A DNA stretch of 63,677 nucleotides, the filler included, from Deltaproteobacteria bacterium (GTDB lineage Bacteria > JAEEML01): assembly GCA_016283195.1 (NCBI GenBank). It is 5 parts of 5 records of this genome, joined end to end, with 100 filler letters (N's around TTAATTAATTAA, not from the genome) between each part and the next. Parts side by side here need not be neighbours in the genome. Positions count along the whole stretch, not along the records: positions 1 to 25,755 come from JAEEML010000023.1; 4 more parts are not named here. One strand, given 5' to 3'. Below the pieces are notes generated by a model. That model made no database searches and was not told the DNA's origin. It saw only the letters and a list, made by a program, of their open reading frames with translations. The position numbers were made by a program, and so were the translations under genes. Positions 10,856 to 19,416 of the stretch are shown in pieces (position 1 is the first letter of the stretch; each line of letters starts with the position of its first letter).

Positions 10856-11863
10856 TTAAATATTGCTGTCTTTGGCTATGGCATAATGAGCTGCCCCTAT
10901 AAGGTTGGCTCTGGTGTTTAATATAACCTTAACCGGCATATTTTCCATAGCTTCGCAAAAGCGCCCTTTGGCAGAAAAATTACGCATAAACTTAGGTTTT
11001 CTAAGGTAATTCAAAAGGCGCGGAGGAATACCGCCGCCCAAATAAAGCCCGCCGCTGGCCCAAACTTTTAAAGCCAGATTCCCGGCTTCGGCTGCCAAAA
11101 TAGAAGTAAACATTTCCACTGTGAGCTGACAGATTTCGCACTTATGATTCAGGCCGTTATTTACAATAATCGGCGTTTTATCATCAGCTGCCGAAAGTTG
11201 TTCCGCAAGCCAGGCGGGCTCATCCAAGGCTTGGGTATCTTTAATAAAATTATAAATATTGGGAATACCTATGCCGCTGCAAATACGCTCATAGCTCACA
11301 TGTTCGTAGCGCCCTTGCAAATAGCGGAGCAGCTCAATTTCCAAATCATTTAAGGGAGCAAAATCGGTGTGTCCGCCTTCGGTGGCATGGCTTTCATAGC
11401 GCTTACCGTTATGAATAAGATAAGCTTCACCAAGCCCTGTTCCCGGAGCAATAACGGCAATGGGACCGCCTTCAACTTGAAGGCCGCTATTTAAAACCTG
11501 AACATCCTCTTCTTGCAAAAAAGGTATCGATTCGGCGAGAGCTGCCAAATCATTTAAGAGCCAGGCTTTTTCCAGGCCGAGAGTCTTTTCCAGCTGCTTT
11601 TCGTCAATAATCCAGGGCAGATTGGTAATCCAGGAACGGCCATCGGCAACCGGCCCGGCCACGCCAAAAACGGCATGTGTTACCGGCAATTTTGTCTGCT
11701 CCAAAAAATCTTTTATCACTGCTTCCAGGCTGGGGTAACGGTGGCAGGGGAAATGGGCTTCCACCACCGATTCGCGCAGGGAATCTTCCGGAGAAAAAAC
11801 CGCCAGACGAGTATTGGTACCGCCGACATCACCAACTAATAACATATTAACCTCCCGTCTCAT
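10856..11863 (-). CDS. glk: Glucokinase (proteobacterial Glk family); start probably at the second Met (MLLVGD)
   Basis: GDVGGTNTRL, GVAGPV, LLND, APGTGLG, EGGH and ERICSG motifs. Confidence 0.93.
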   Translation of the reverse strand: MRREVNMLLVGDVGGTNTRLAVFSPEDSLRESVVEAHFPCHRYPSLEAVIKDFLEQTKLPVTHAVFGVAGPVADGRSWITNLPWIIDEKQLEKTLGLEKAWLLNDLAALAESIPFLQEEDVQVLNSGLQVEGGPIAVIAPGTGLGEAYLIHNGKRYESHATEGGHTDFAPLNDLEIELLRYLQGRYEHVSYERICSGIGIPNIYNFIKDTQALDEPAWLAEQLSAADDKTPIIVNNGLNHKCEICQLTVEMFTSILAAEAGNLALKVWASGGLYLGGGIPPRLLNYLRKPKFMRNFSAKGRFCEAMENMPVKVILNTRANLIGAAHYAIAKDSNI

Positions 11864-11959
11864 AAAGAGACGGCGCCATAGTAAGGCAAGAATGGTGATT
11901 TAGCAATGACTTAGGGAGAATTATTGCCAAAAAGTCCCTTTTTTAATAGCTATTAGAAA

Positions 11960-12778
11960 ATGAAGGAGGGCAAGATGTCCGATATAACATATAGCTCATA
12001 CAATTATGCGCCATCGTTATTAAAACATAATTACGGTTCGCAATTTCATTTGGCGAGCGATCCTATAAGCCTCACCAAACTGGCTATTCTGGGCCGGCCG
12101 GCAACCAGGCAACCGCTCATTATGGATTTAGTGGCCGACCTTTACCGCCAGCTTTTGGTCTATGCCGCCGCTGAGCTTACGGAATGTGCGGTAGATACGG
12201 AATCCCGCATGACCGCCCTCTCCGGTAAAAAATGGCATGGGCGCATTTTAGACAGCGCCAATAAAGTAGTCGTGGCGGCCATTGCCCGGGCCGGCACTCT
12301 GCCCGGCGAAGTTATCTTTCGCGAATTATCGCGGCTTATCGATCCGCAAAATGTGCGCATCGACCATTTTCTCATGGCGAGAAGCGTAGATGCCAGCGGC
12401 AGCGTCACCGGCACTGCCAACAGCGGCTATAAAATAGGCGGCCCCATAGATGGAGCTACGCTGCTCATTCCCGATCCCATGGGTGCCACCGGCTCCACCA
12501 TTATTGAAACAGTGGAACTTTACCGCAAGTTAAAACTCGGTACTCCGCGCAAAATTGTAGCTCTCCACCTCATTATAACGCCGGAATATATTGCCCATGT
12601 GCGGCAAAAAATTCCCGAGGCCGAAGTTTACGCTCTGCGCCTGGACAGAGGTCTAAGCAGCGATGAAGCTCTTTCCGCCCCGCTGGGCGAAAAGCCGGAA
12701 AAAGGCTTAAATGAGCACGATTACATCATTCCCGGCCTGGGCGGTATCGGGGAAATCATGAGCAATAGTTTTGTCTAA
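11960..12778 (+). CDS. upp: Uracil phosphoribosyltransferase
   Basis: IARAG, PRPP-binding LIPDPMGATGST and C-terminal YIIPGLGGIGE. Confidence 0.85.
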   Translation: MKEGKMSDITYSSYNYAPSLLKHNYGSQFHLASDPISLTKLAILGRPATRQPLIMDLVADLYRQLLVYAAAELTECAVDTESRMTALSGKKWHGRILDSANKVVVAAIARAGTLPGEVIFRELSRLIDPQNVRIDHFLMARSVDASGSVTGTANSGYKIGGPIDGATLLIPDPMGATGSTIIETVELYRKLKLGTPRKIVALHLIITPEYIAHVRQKIPEAEVYALRLDRGLSSDEALSAPLGEKPEKGLNEHDYIIPGLGGIGEIMSNSFV

Positions 12779-13592
12779 CAAAGCGCCCTAAAAGATAGAT
12801 CAAAAAGGGAAAGAATCCCCAAAAAGTTGCGCTGCCGCTTTGGTTACAACCGCTATCGGCATTTTTCACAATAATATTTATTTTTTCTTTGGGGGGTGAA
12901 AAAGCCCGGCAATTGTTTTTACAATCAGAGCTATCGGCACAAAAACCGTTTTCCTCGCCGGTAGGGTATTTAAAGCAAATAGCCTCTTCGTCATCGGGAA
13001 AAAGCGTGCGGCAACGTGTTTCGGCGGTTGCGGCATAGGGATACATCACTGAATCATTTGTGGCCGTATGCTCCAGGCCCAGCATGTGGCCTATTTCATG
13101 GACGGCAGTGTTTTTAAGATCGGTCTTTACCAGCAAATCACTATTTGTAAAGACAAAGTTTTCGCTGTTAAATTCAATGTCGGCATCCAAAATTTCGCCG
13201 GTGTAATTGTTAGCGGTAACAGTGGTTATGGCAATAGCCAGGCTGGAATACGGCCAATTTTTTTCATAAAAGGAGAGGCTGTTTTGATTACTCAAGGGCT
13301 CTAAATAATCGAAGCCTATTTTGCCGTTAAAAGCTTCTGTGCTCTCACTAAAGGTAAAATCTGAACAACTAACGCTATTCCAAACGGCAAAAGCTTCTCT
13401 TAAAGTATCAAGCTCACCGCTGCCGGCAATATCTTCGGTGCCTTTGCTATCGAGCACAAAGGGCACCACCCGCTTTGACCAAAAAACCGCCACACCCTGG
13501 CCCTCTTGCAAAGCAGTGCACATAAAAGCTTTAAGCTCCGGGGCCCATAAAAAGGTAATAACAGCTGATATGATTAGTAATTTTTTATTCAT
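12756..13592 (-). CDS. Secreted matrixin-family (M10) zinc metalloprotease with MYXO-CTERM-like C-terminal anchor
   Basis: Signal peptide, DADIEFN, HEIGHMLGLEH zinc motif, SVMYP Met-turn, and a C-terminal SGC + hydrophobic segment + Arg residues. Confidence 0.85.
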   Translation of the reverse strand: MNKKLLIISAVITFLWAPELKAFMCTALQEGQGVAVFWSKRVVPFVLDSKGTEDIAGSGELDTLREAFAVWNSVSCSDFTFSESTEAFNGKIGFDYLEPLSNQNSLSFYEKNWPYSSLAIAITTVTANNYTGEILDADIEFNSENFVFTNSDLLVKTDLKNTAVHEIGHMLGLEHTATNDSVMYPYAATAETRCRTLFPDDEEAICFKYPTGEENGFCADSSDCKNNCRAFSPPKEKINIIVKNADSGCNQSGSATFWGFFPFLIYLLGRFVRQNYCS

Positions 13593-13630
13593 AATTGCCT
13601 AAGTTAAAAGCTTGGGCCAAATAGTAAAAA

Positions 13631-13715
13631 TGGTGCGCGGGGAGGGACTTGAACCCTCACGAGCTAGCTCACTGGAACCTAAATCCAGCGCGTCTACCAG
13701 TTCCGCCATCCGCGC
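13631..13715 (-). tRNA. tRNA-Leu(TAG)
   Basis: Reverse complement GCGCGGATGGCGGAACTGGTAGACGCGCTGGATTTAGGTTCCAG...GGTTCAAGTCCCTCCCCGCGCACCA, with a long variable arm and CCA end. Confidence 0.95.
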
Positions 13716-13853
13716 ACGGAACGAGGCGCATTATAACTATTTACCGGGAGAGCGCAATAATTTTTATCGCTCCTGTTTTTTGTTTAAAATTGTATTTGCA
13801 GCAAGGAGCATATTGCCATAAAATACGCACTCGGGTCTTTTTGGAGGTTTACC

Positions 13854-14342
13854 ATGGAAAATAAAATTATCGATTCAGTAAAAGCAGCCGGTGGTTTTGT
13901 TAAATATGCCGAAAAGCAAGCCAAAGAAGTTTCCGACACCATCAGGGAGCGAGTAGAACAATCGGATCTCTCCGCCGAAACAGAAATTGTTAAACGCAAA
14001 GCCCGCAAATTAGTGCATAAAGTAAGTAAAAAAAGCTATTCGGTTTTTGAAAATCACAAAGATATTTTGCCGGAAAAACTCAAACCAGTTTCGGAAACTG
14101 TAGAGCTTATTTTGGAAAGCGTGGTAGAACTCTCCAAAAATGACGATGAAGAAGAAGCGGCCGAAGTTGTAACCGACGCTAAGGCTAACGAACAGGAAGC
14201 TCCCAAAAAACGGCGCTATGTAAGAAAAGCCAAAGCGGCCCAAGCTGAAGCTCCCAAAAAGCGGCGTTATGTAAGAAAAGCCAAAGTCACCAAAGAATCC
14301 GCGCCGGCGGAAGCTCCGGCTGAAGCCCCGGCAGCAGAATAA
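13854..14342 (+). CDS. Hypothetical protein with Lys/Arg/Ala-rich histone-like tail
   Basis: GGAGG RBS; duplicated EAPKKRRYVRKAK motif (51-bp period, ~14196-14286). Confidence 0.7.
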   Translation: MENKIIDSVKAAGGFVKYAEKQAKEVSDTIRERVEQSDLSAETEIVKRKARKLVHKVSKKSYSVFENHKDILPEKLKPVSETVELILESVVELSKNDDEEEAAEVVTDAKANEQEAPKKRRYVRKAKAAQAEAPKKRRYVRKAKVTKESAPAEAPAEAPAAE

Positions 14343-14345
14343 TTT

Positions 14346-15635
14346 CTATTTATTCTCACTATTTACTTTTTTAAATCTCTTAGTTATTCCCAAAACAATT
14401 ACCCCCCAAATGGCGAGGAGTCCCAAGGTGAGCGGCGAAACCAGCCCAATGGCGCCGAAAGCAGCTATGGGCATGAGAATAAGCGAGGCCCCGCCTTTGG
14501 CAAGGCGAAAGGTGAGCATATCAACAATGGATTTACCGGCTGTTTTTTCTTCATAGCTTAAGGGGATATAAAGCAGGTTTTTGGCGGCCTTAAAGAGACT
14601 GTAATCCATAACCTTGCCGGTGATTTTAACCGCCGCGATAATAGCAAAAACAGGATAAATAAGAAAGCCCACCATGCCGGCGCCCAAAAGAGCAGGGATA
14701 ATAAGCATAGTGCCGCCAACACCGACAGCCCCGATAATCGGGCCGGTCAAAACATTAAAAATAAGCGTAGTCACCGAAACTGCGGCATATATATAACCTA
14801 TTATTTCAGTTCTCTTATCCACATTGGCAAAAGTCTCTTCGATAACGTGATTATATTCATAATCTATAAGAGTCATGGCCACCTGAACAACAATTATCAA
14901 AAAAAACATCAGCCAGAGATATGAGCTTTTTTGCACCACTTTAACGGCGCCTACCAGGGGAAGTTCCCGGCTTTCGGCGGCTTTTACCTCTTTGGATACC
15001 GGCTCAGGCTTTTTAGCCGGGCCGTGAATAAAGGCGGTGATTTGCCCTAAAACGGCCATTAATACCAAAAGCGGCACCACTATTATAAGGACTCTTTCCG
15101 AGCCGTATTTAAGAGCTATCTTGCCGACAGCCACATTGCCGATAAGCCCGCCGATAGAGCCGATGGCGCCAAAAAAGCCGTAAATCCAGCTGGCTTTTTT
15201 TATGCTAAGCACCGTATTGGTATAGGTATAAAATATTTCTACCAGAGCCACTACATAAAGATCTTTCCAAGCATACAAAATATAATAGGCGGCGTGCGGC
15301 CAAACAGTGGTAAGCGGTATCAGGGCGGCCAGCAGGAGAGCCGCCAGCAAAGCCACTTCTCCAAAGAGTTTTACCAAATCGGCCTTGGGCAGAATGTGGT
15401 TATAAAGCACCACCATCAAAATACTGCCCAGGGCTACAGCCAGCCAGGCAGTGGGTAAATTGGCACTTCCTTCACTCTTTAAAAACAGCGACTCGGTAGC
15501 CGGCCGGCTTAAAGCATAAGAAAACATCACTAAAAAAGACTGACAGCATAATCCGCTGATGACGGCCAAACGCCGCCTAGGAGAGAGATGATCCATGAGA
15601 TACCTCCGCGGCCTTCTATAACGAGCGAAAATCAT
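14346..15635 (-). CDS. TLC/NTT-family (ATP/ADP-translocase-like) MFS transporter; likely start 15596 (MDHLSP)
   Basis: About 12 TM segments; Y-x-L-x-RP-x3-SLF, DYSLFK-x-AK-x2-LYIPL and K-x2-GKSIVD-x3-FR-x-AK motifs; GGAGG RBS before 15596. Confidence 0.8.
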   Translation of the reverse strand: MIFARYRRPRRYLMDHLSPRRRLAVISGLCCQSFLVMFSYALSRPATESLFLKSEGSANLPTAWLAVALGSILMVVLYNHILPKADLVKLFGEVALLAALLLAALIPLTTVWPHAAYYILYAWKDLYVVALVEIFYTYTNTVLSIKKASWIYGFFGAIGSIGGLIGNVAVGKIALKYGSERVLIIVVPLLVLMAVLGQITAFIHGPAKKPEPVSKEVKAAESRELPLVGAVKVVQKSSYLWLMFFLIIVVQVAMTLIDYEYNHVIEETFANVDKRTEIIGYIYAAVSVTTLIFNVLTGPIIGAVGVGGTMLIIPALLGAGMVGFLIYPVFAIIAAVKITGKVMDYSLFKAAKNLLYIPLSYEEKTAGKSIVDMLTFRLAKGGASLILMPIAAFGAIGLVSPLTLGLLAIWGVIVLGITKRFKKVNSENK

Positions 15636-15737
15636 TCTGTCAATGTATGGCTTTTTTCTCTTGTTATCGGCAAAAATTTGGGCATGATGACTCTAGTATC
15701 TTTAGAGAACCATAAGCAGAGGTTCAGAGAGTAAGAT

Positions 15738-16631
15738 ATGAGTGAACTAAATATATCTTTGATGGAAGGTGAAGACAAAGAGAGCTTGGAAGAACTCATG
15801 CGTTCTTTGCCCCAGTTTATTGTGGCTAAAAAGGCCCTGATTGCCGGCTATTCTCTATGGGCCGACATCAATGAACCGCGCAATTTTTGCCCGCAATTTG
15901 CCGAGAAATTGTGTGCCGAAGAAGATATTTTAAGCGGCAAAACTCCGGTATTTTTATTAAAATTTGCCACTGCGGCCGGTGAGCGCCTGCTTCTTATTCA
16001 TCAGCCGGTGAGCCAAGCTCAAAAAATCTTTTATCGTCTTAGCGAATCACCTTCGGCCGTGGCTCACCGCCTCTATTTGGCTACACTTAACAGCCCGGTT
16101 ATTCTGCCCAGAAGTTTTGGCTTTATCGAAGAGCGCCAGGATAAGCGCCTCGTGCGTTCTGCGGAGGTACTGGAAGTGCCTCAGGCCATGCCGACTCTGG
16201 GCGAATTTTTGGCCAGCGAATTAAAAGAAGCGGACAAAGAAAAACGGCAACAGATTTTTACCGCCCTGGCTAAAGAACTGGCCATTATTCATAACGCCTG
16301 TTTTTACCACCCTGCCCTGAGGCCTTGCCACATTTTGCTGCTTAAAAATCCAAGTGCGAATCAAAGTCAGGGGCTGGATGAAAGCTCTTTTATGCTCACC
16401 ATGAGCGACAAAATGCGCTTTTTAAAAAAATACGACACCGACCACCGAGCGGTAAATCTCTATCAATTTTATCGCTATGCCCTCATGGACGCCACAGAGA
16501 GCGAGCGTTTCCGCTTTATTGAGAGCTATTGTAATTATCTGCCGGCCGATTCTCTCGATGCCGAAGATCTCTACCGCCGGGTAGCCCATCACTACCAGGA
16601 GCGCCTGGAGCAGGAAAAAGCTTCTTTGTGA
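15738..16631 (+). CDS. Kdo/WaaP (InaA)-type kinase-like protein with degenerate catalytic motifs
   Basis: LP-x2-FGF-x-EER, LA-x2-LA-x-IH-x3-FYH-x2-L-x3-HILL and R-x-RFI-x2-Y pattern of LPS kinases. Confidence 0.55.
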   Translation: MSELNISLMEGEDKESLEELMRSLPQFIVAKKALIAGYSLWADINEPRNFCPQFAEKLCAEEDILSGKTPVFLLKFATAAGERLLLIHQPVSQAQKIFYRLSESPSAVAHRLYLATLNSPVILPRSFGFIEERQDKRLVRSAEVLEVPQAMPTLGEFLASELKEADKEKRQQIFTALAKELAIIHNACFYHPALRPCHILLLKNPSANQSQGLDESSFMLTMSDKMRFLKKYDTDHRAVNLYQFYRYALMDATESERFRFIESYCNYLPADSLDAEDLYRRVAHHYQERLEQEKASL

Positions 16632-16640
16632 ATTTTTACC

Positions 16641-17912
16641 TTACTTTAGCTGCACTTTAAGCCGCTCAGGTTTTCTGGAAAGAGCTAAAAGTTCTTCGTC
16701 ATTTAAGGCAAATACCGCCTGAAAGGCGGCTCTATCAGCGGCATTTTTGGGCGCTTCCGCTCGGCCACTTTCGGCCATACTTTTAAGTTGCCAAGCGTCA
16801 TATACTTTACCGAGCGGCACAGTTTTTTTATAAAGAGTGGTTTTTAAGTCCTCATCATAAATGAGCACATTCACCTGGGCGGCGGCAGTATTTATGGAAC
16901 TATCTACCGTACCATAAGCTAAAAAGAGGACATTATTACCCAGATGATAAGGCCGGCCCGCTAAAGAGGTTATGGCTTTGTCCGTAAGGCCGCTTTCGGC
17001 GCTCTTAGTCCCGTTTTGCCAAGGAGCCAGCGGATTTTTAAGAAAAGCGATACCACCACCGCTCTTGTGAGCTGTAAGAGCGAAAAAGGCCAGTATTATC
17101 AGCACGATAACCGCCAGAAAGTTGCCCAGGATCTTTTGCCAGAGCGCCGGCTCTTTGGGCGGGGTTAGCGGACGCAAAAGAGTATTACCGTCGGCCGGCA
17201 CTTGGCGCTTTGGAGCCTGACCAAAAACTTCCGCTTCATGAGCGGATAACATTTTTTCCGCCATATCCGGCGACATACCGGCCACACTTAGCTCTAAAGG
17301 TGCCGCCTCTGCTGCGACCGGAGCCGGAGCAGACGGTGCCGCGGGAGCTATGCCGGTAGGCTCCGGCGCGCTGTTGCCGGTAAGGTCAAGGGCTATATCC
17401 AGTGCAAGATCCGGCGCGGCACCGGGCTCTGCCGAAGCCGCAGACGGCGCGGGAGTAGCCGCAGCCACTGGGGCTATGCCGTTAGGCTCCGGTGCGCTGT
17501 TTCCGGTAAGGTCAAGAGCTATATCCAGTGCAAGATCAGGCGCGGCACCTGGCTCTGCCGGAGCTGGAGCCGGCGCGGGAGTAGCCGCAGCCACTGGGGC
17601 TATGCCGTTAGGCTCCGGCGCGCTGTTGCCGGTAAGATCAAGGGCTATATCCAGTGAGAGATCCGGTGCGGCACTGGGCTCTGCCGGAGCTTGAGCCGGA
17701 GCCGCAGCCTGAGCCGCCGGCGCGGGCGTCAATGGGGCCATGGACACTGATACAGGCACAGATGCCCTGCCGCTTACCGTTTTCTGCCTAGGGGCCGCCT
17801 CTTCCTGGGCCTCTTCCTGACACACTAAATCCATCAGCGAAACTTCCGGAAAAGCTATTTGATTCTCCGCACCTGGCACTAAATTTTTATTTTCAACCAT
17901 TAAGACCTCCAC
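16641..17912 (-). CDS. Single-pass membrane protein with Ala/Pro-rich repeat N-terminus and small periplasmic beta domain
   Basis: Three 42-aa repeats, TM helix ILGNFLAVIVLIILAFFAL, GGAGG RBS. Confidence 0.75.
   Translation of the reverse strand: MEVLMVENKNLVPGAENQIAFPEVSLMDLVCQEEAQEEAAPRQKTVSGRASVPVSVSMAPLTPAPAAQAAAPAQAPAEPSAAPDLSLDIALDLTGNSAPEPNGIAPVAAATPAPAPAPAEPGAAPDLALDIALDLTGNSAPEPNGIAPVAAATPAPSAASAEPGAAPDLALDIALDLTGNSAPEPTGIAPAAPSAPAPVAAEAAPLELSVAGMSPDMAEKMLSAHEAEVFGQAPKRQVPADGNTLLRPLTPPKEPALWQKILGNFLAVIVLIILAFFALTAHKSGGGIAFLKNPLAPWQNGTKSAESGLTDKAITSLAGRPYHLGNNVLFLAYGTVDSSINTAAAQVNVLIYDEDLKTTLYKKTVPLGKVYDAWQLKSMAESGRAEAPKNAADRAAFQAVFALNDEELLALSRKPERLKVQLK
17345..17690. repeat. Intragenic tandem repeat, about 3 x 126 bp
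   Basis: GCTATGCCG(G/T)TAGGCTCCGG recurs with its ATG at 17350, 17476 and 17602 (period 126). Confidence 0.9.
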
Positions 17913-17993
17913 TTAAAGGCCAGCAAAAAATCAATACACTAATTTTCAAAACTATTAAAGATAGAATAAGGTAACCAGGGCGAGGGAGCAGCA

Positions 17994-19340
17994 ATGAAAA
18001 AAAATACCGTTTTTAACCTTGTCATCTTACTGGCGGCTTTACTTGGCAACTTTGGCTGCCAGCAAAAAGTAGAAAAACAGGCTAATCAGGAAAACAAAGC
18101 CGATACTTGGATCCAAGAAAGTAATTTTATTCCTCTGCCGTTAAGCGGCAGCCATGTAATGACCAGCGGCCCCAATCCAATGGTAACTATCGTTTTCTTT
18201 GGCGAATTTAGCGACATTCTTACGCACAAATTAGCAAAAGATTTAAATGATATTGCCGAAAATTACCCCACTCCGTTAGCTATTTCTTTTAGACATGCAC
18301 CGTTTATAAGCGGCGAAAGAGGCCTTCTTTATGCCGTTGGTGCCGAAGCCGCCGGGAAACAAGGGAAATTTTGGGATTTTCACCAACTGGCGCTAAGTTA
18401 TTCGGCAGAGTCCATGCCGCCACCAGAACAGCTAGCTGAAAAATTAGGCCTGGATTTGGGAATTTTTCAAGAAGATCTCACCGATAAGCAACTGGCCGCC
18501 AAAGTCTATCGCGATATGGATTTGGCTAAAACCTATGGTTTAACAGTCACTCCGGCACTACTGATAAACGGGCGTAAAATCCGCTATCATGGTCATAAAG
18601 AGGATATTTTAAAGGCTATAGATAAGGCCAAGATAGAAGCCGAAACTCTCATAAAAGAGGGCGCTCCGCCCGGCAAAATCTATGAAACACTCCTGGCCAA
18701 AAATTCTCCGGCCTTAAATTCGCTTAAAATGGCTAAAAACCCGGCTGCCGGGCGGCAAGTTCTCATTCCCGGCTTGGAATTTCCCGCTTATGGCAGCGAG
18801 GATCCGCTTATTTGGGTTTACTATTTCACCTCTTTTGGCAGCCCCTTTAATCAAAACGCTTGGCTCTTATTGCAAGAAATAAGAAAAAAAAGTTCCAAAG
18901 TGCGTTTTATTTTTCTCCCTTATGCCGATGGCCTTAATCCGGCGGCGGAAACAGCGGCGCTATGCGCTTATTGGGCTTTAACTCAAAATAATTTTGAAGA
19001 AATAGTAGGTTTACTTTCCAATTTGCCACCTAATTTTAAAGATAATGATCTAAGTAGGCTTAAAAACAATAGCGGCACCCCACTTTGCCCGGCTCCAAAC
19101 CAATTAGAAAAGTTTTCTGACCTTTTAGCAGCCGCCGGTGAATTAAAAAAGAAAATGGGTCTTAAAGCCAATCCTGCTCTTCTTATTAACGGCATAGAGG
19201 TGCCGGTTATCAAGGATATAACCTACCTGGATAAGCTTTTGGCAGCAGAGCTAAAGCTGGCAGAGGAGTTAAAAAATAACGGCTTTAGCGAGCAGGAACT
19301 TTTAATAGAACTCACCAGAAACCCCAGCGGCTTAAATTAG
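17994..19340 (+). CDS. Lipoprotein with two DsbA/thioredoxin-like domains, both lacking CxxC
   Basis: Lipobox NFGC; AEAAGKQGKFWDFH, and VTPALLING / ANPALLING cis-Pro loops. CxxC positions read SDILTH and SPFN. Confidence 0.75.
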   Translation: MKKNTVFNLVILLAALLGNFGCQQKVEKQANQENKADTWIQESNFIPLPLSGSHVMTSGPNPMVTIVFFGEFSDILTHKLAKDLNDIAENYPTPLAISFRHAPFISGERGLLYAVGAEAAGKQGKFWDFHQLALSYSAESMPPPEQLAEKLGLDLGIFQEDLTDKQLAAKVYRDMDLAKTYGLTVTPALLINGRKIRYHGHKEDILKAIDKAKIEAETLIKEGAPPGKIYETLLAKNSPALNSLKMAKNPAAGRQVLIPGLEFPAYGSEDPLIWVYYFTSFGSPFNQNAWLLLQEIRKKSSKVRFIFLPYADGLNPAAETAALCAYWALTQNNFEEIVGLLSNLPPNFKDNDLSRLKNNSGTPLCPAPNQLEKFSDLLAAAGELKKKMGLKANPALLINGIEVPVIKDITYLDKLLAAELKLAEELKNNGFSEQELLIELTRNPSGLN

Positions 19341-19416
19341 CTTTACTTTTGTACCAAGTAACCTGCAGCTTTTCCCGTCGGCCCAAACCTGCTATACTGC
19401 GCCGCCGGAGGGAGCC

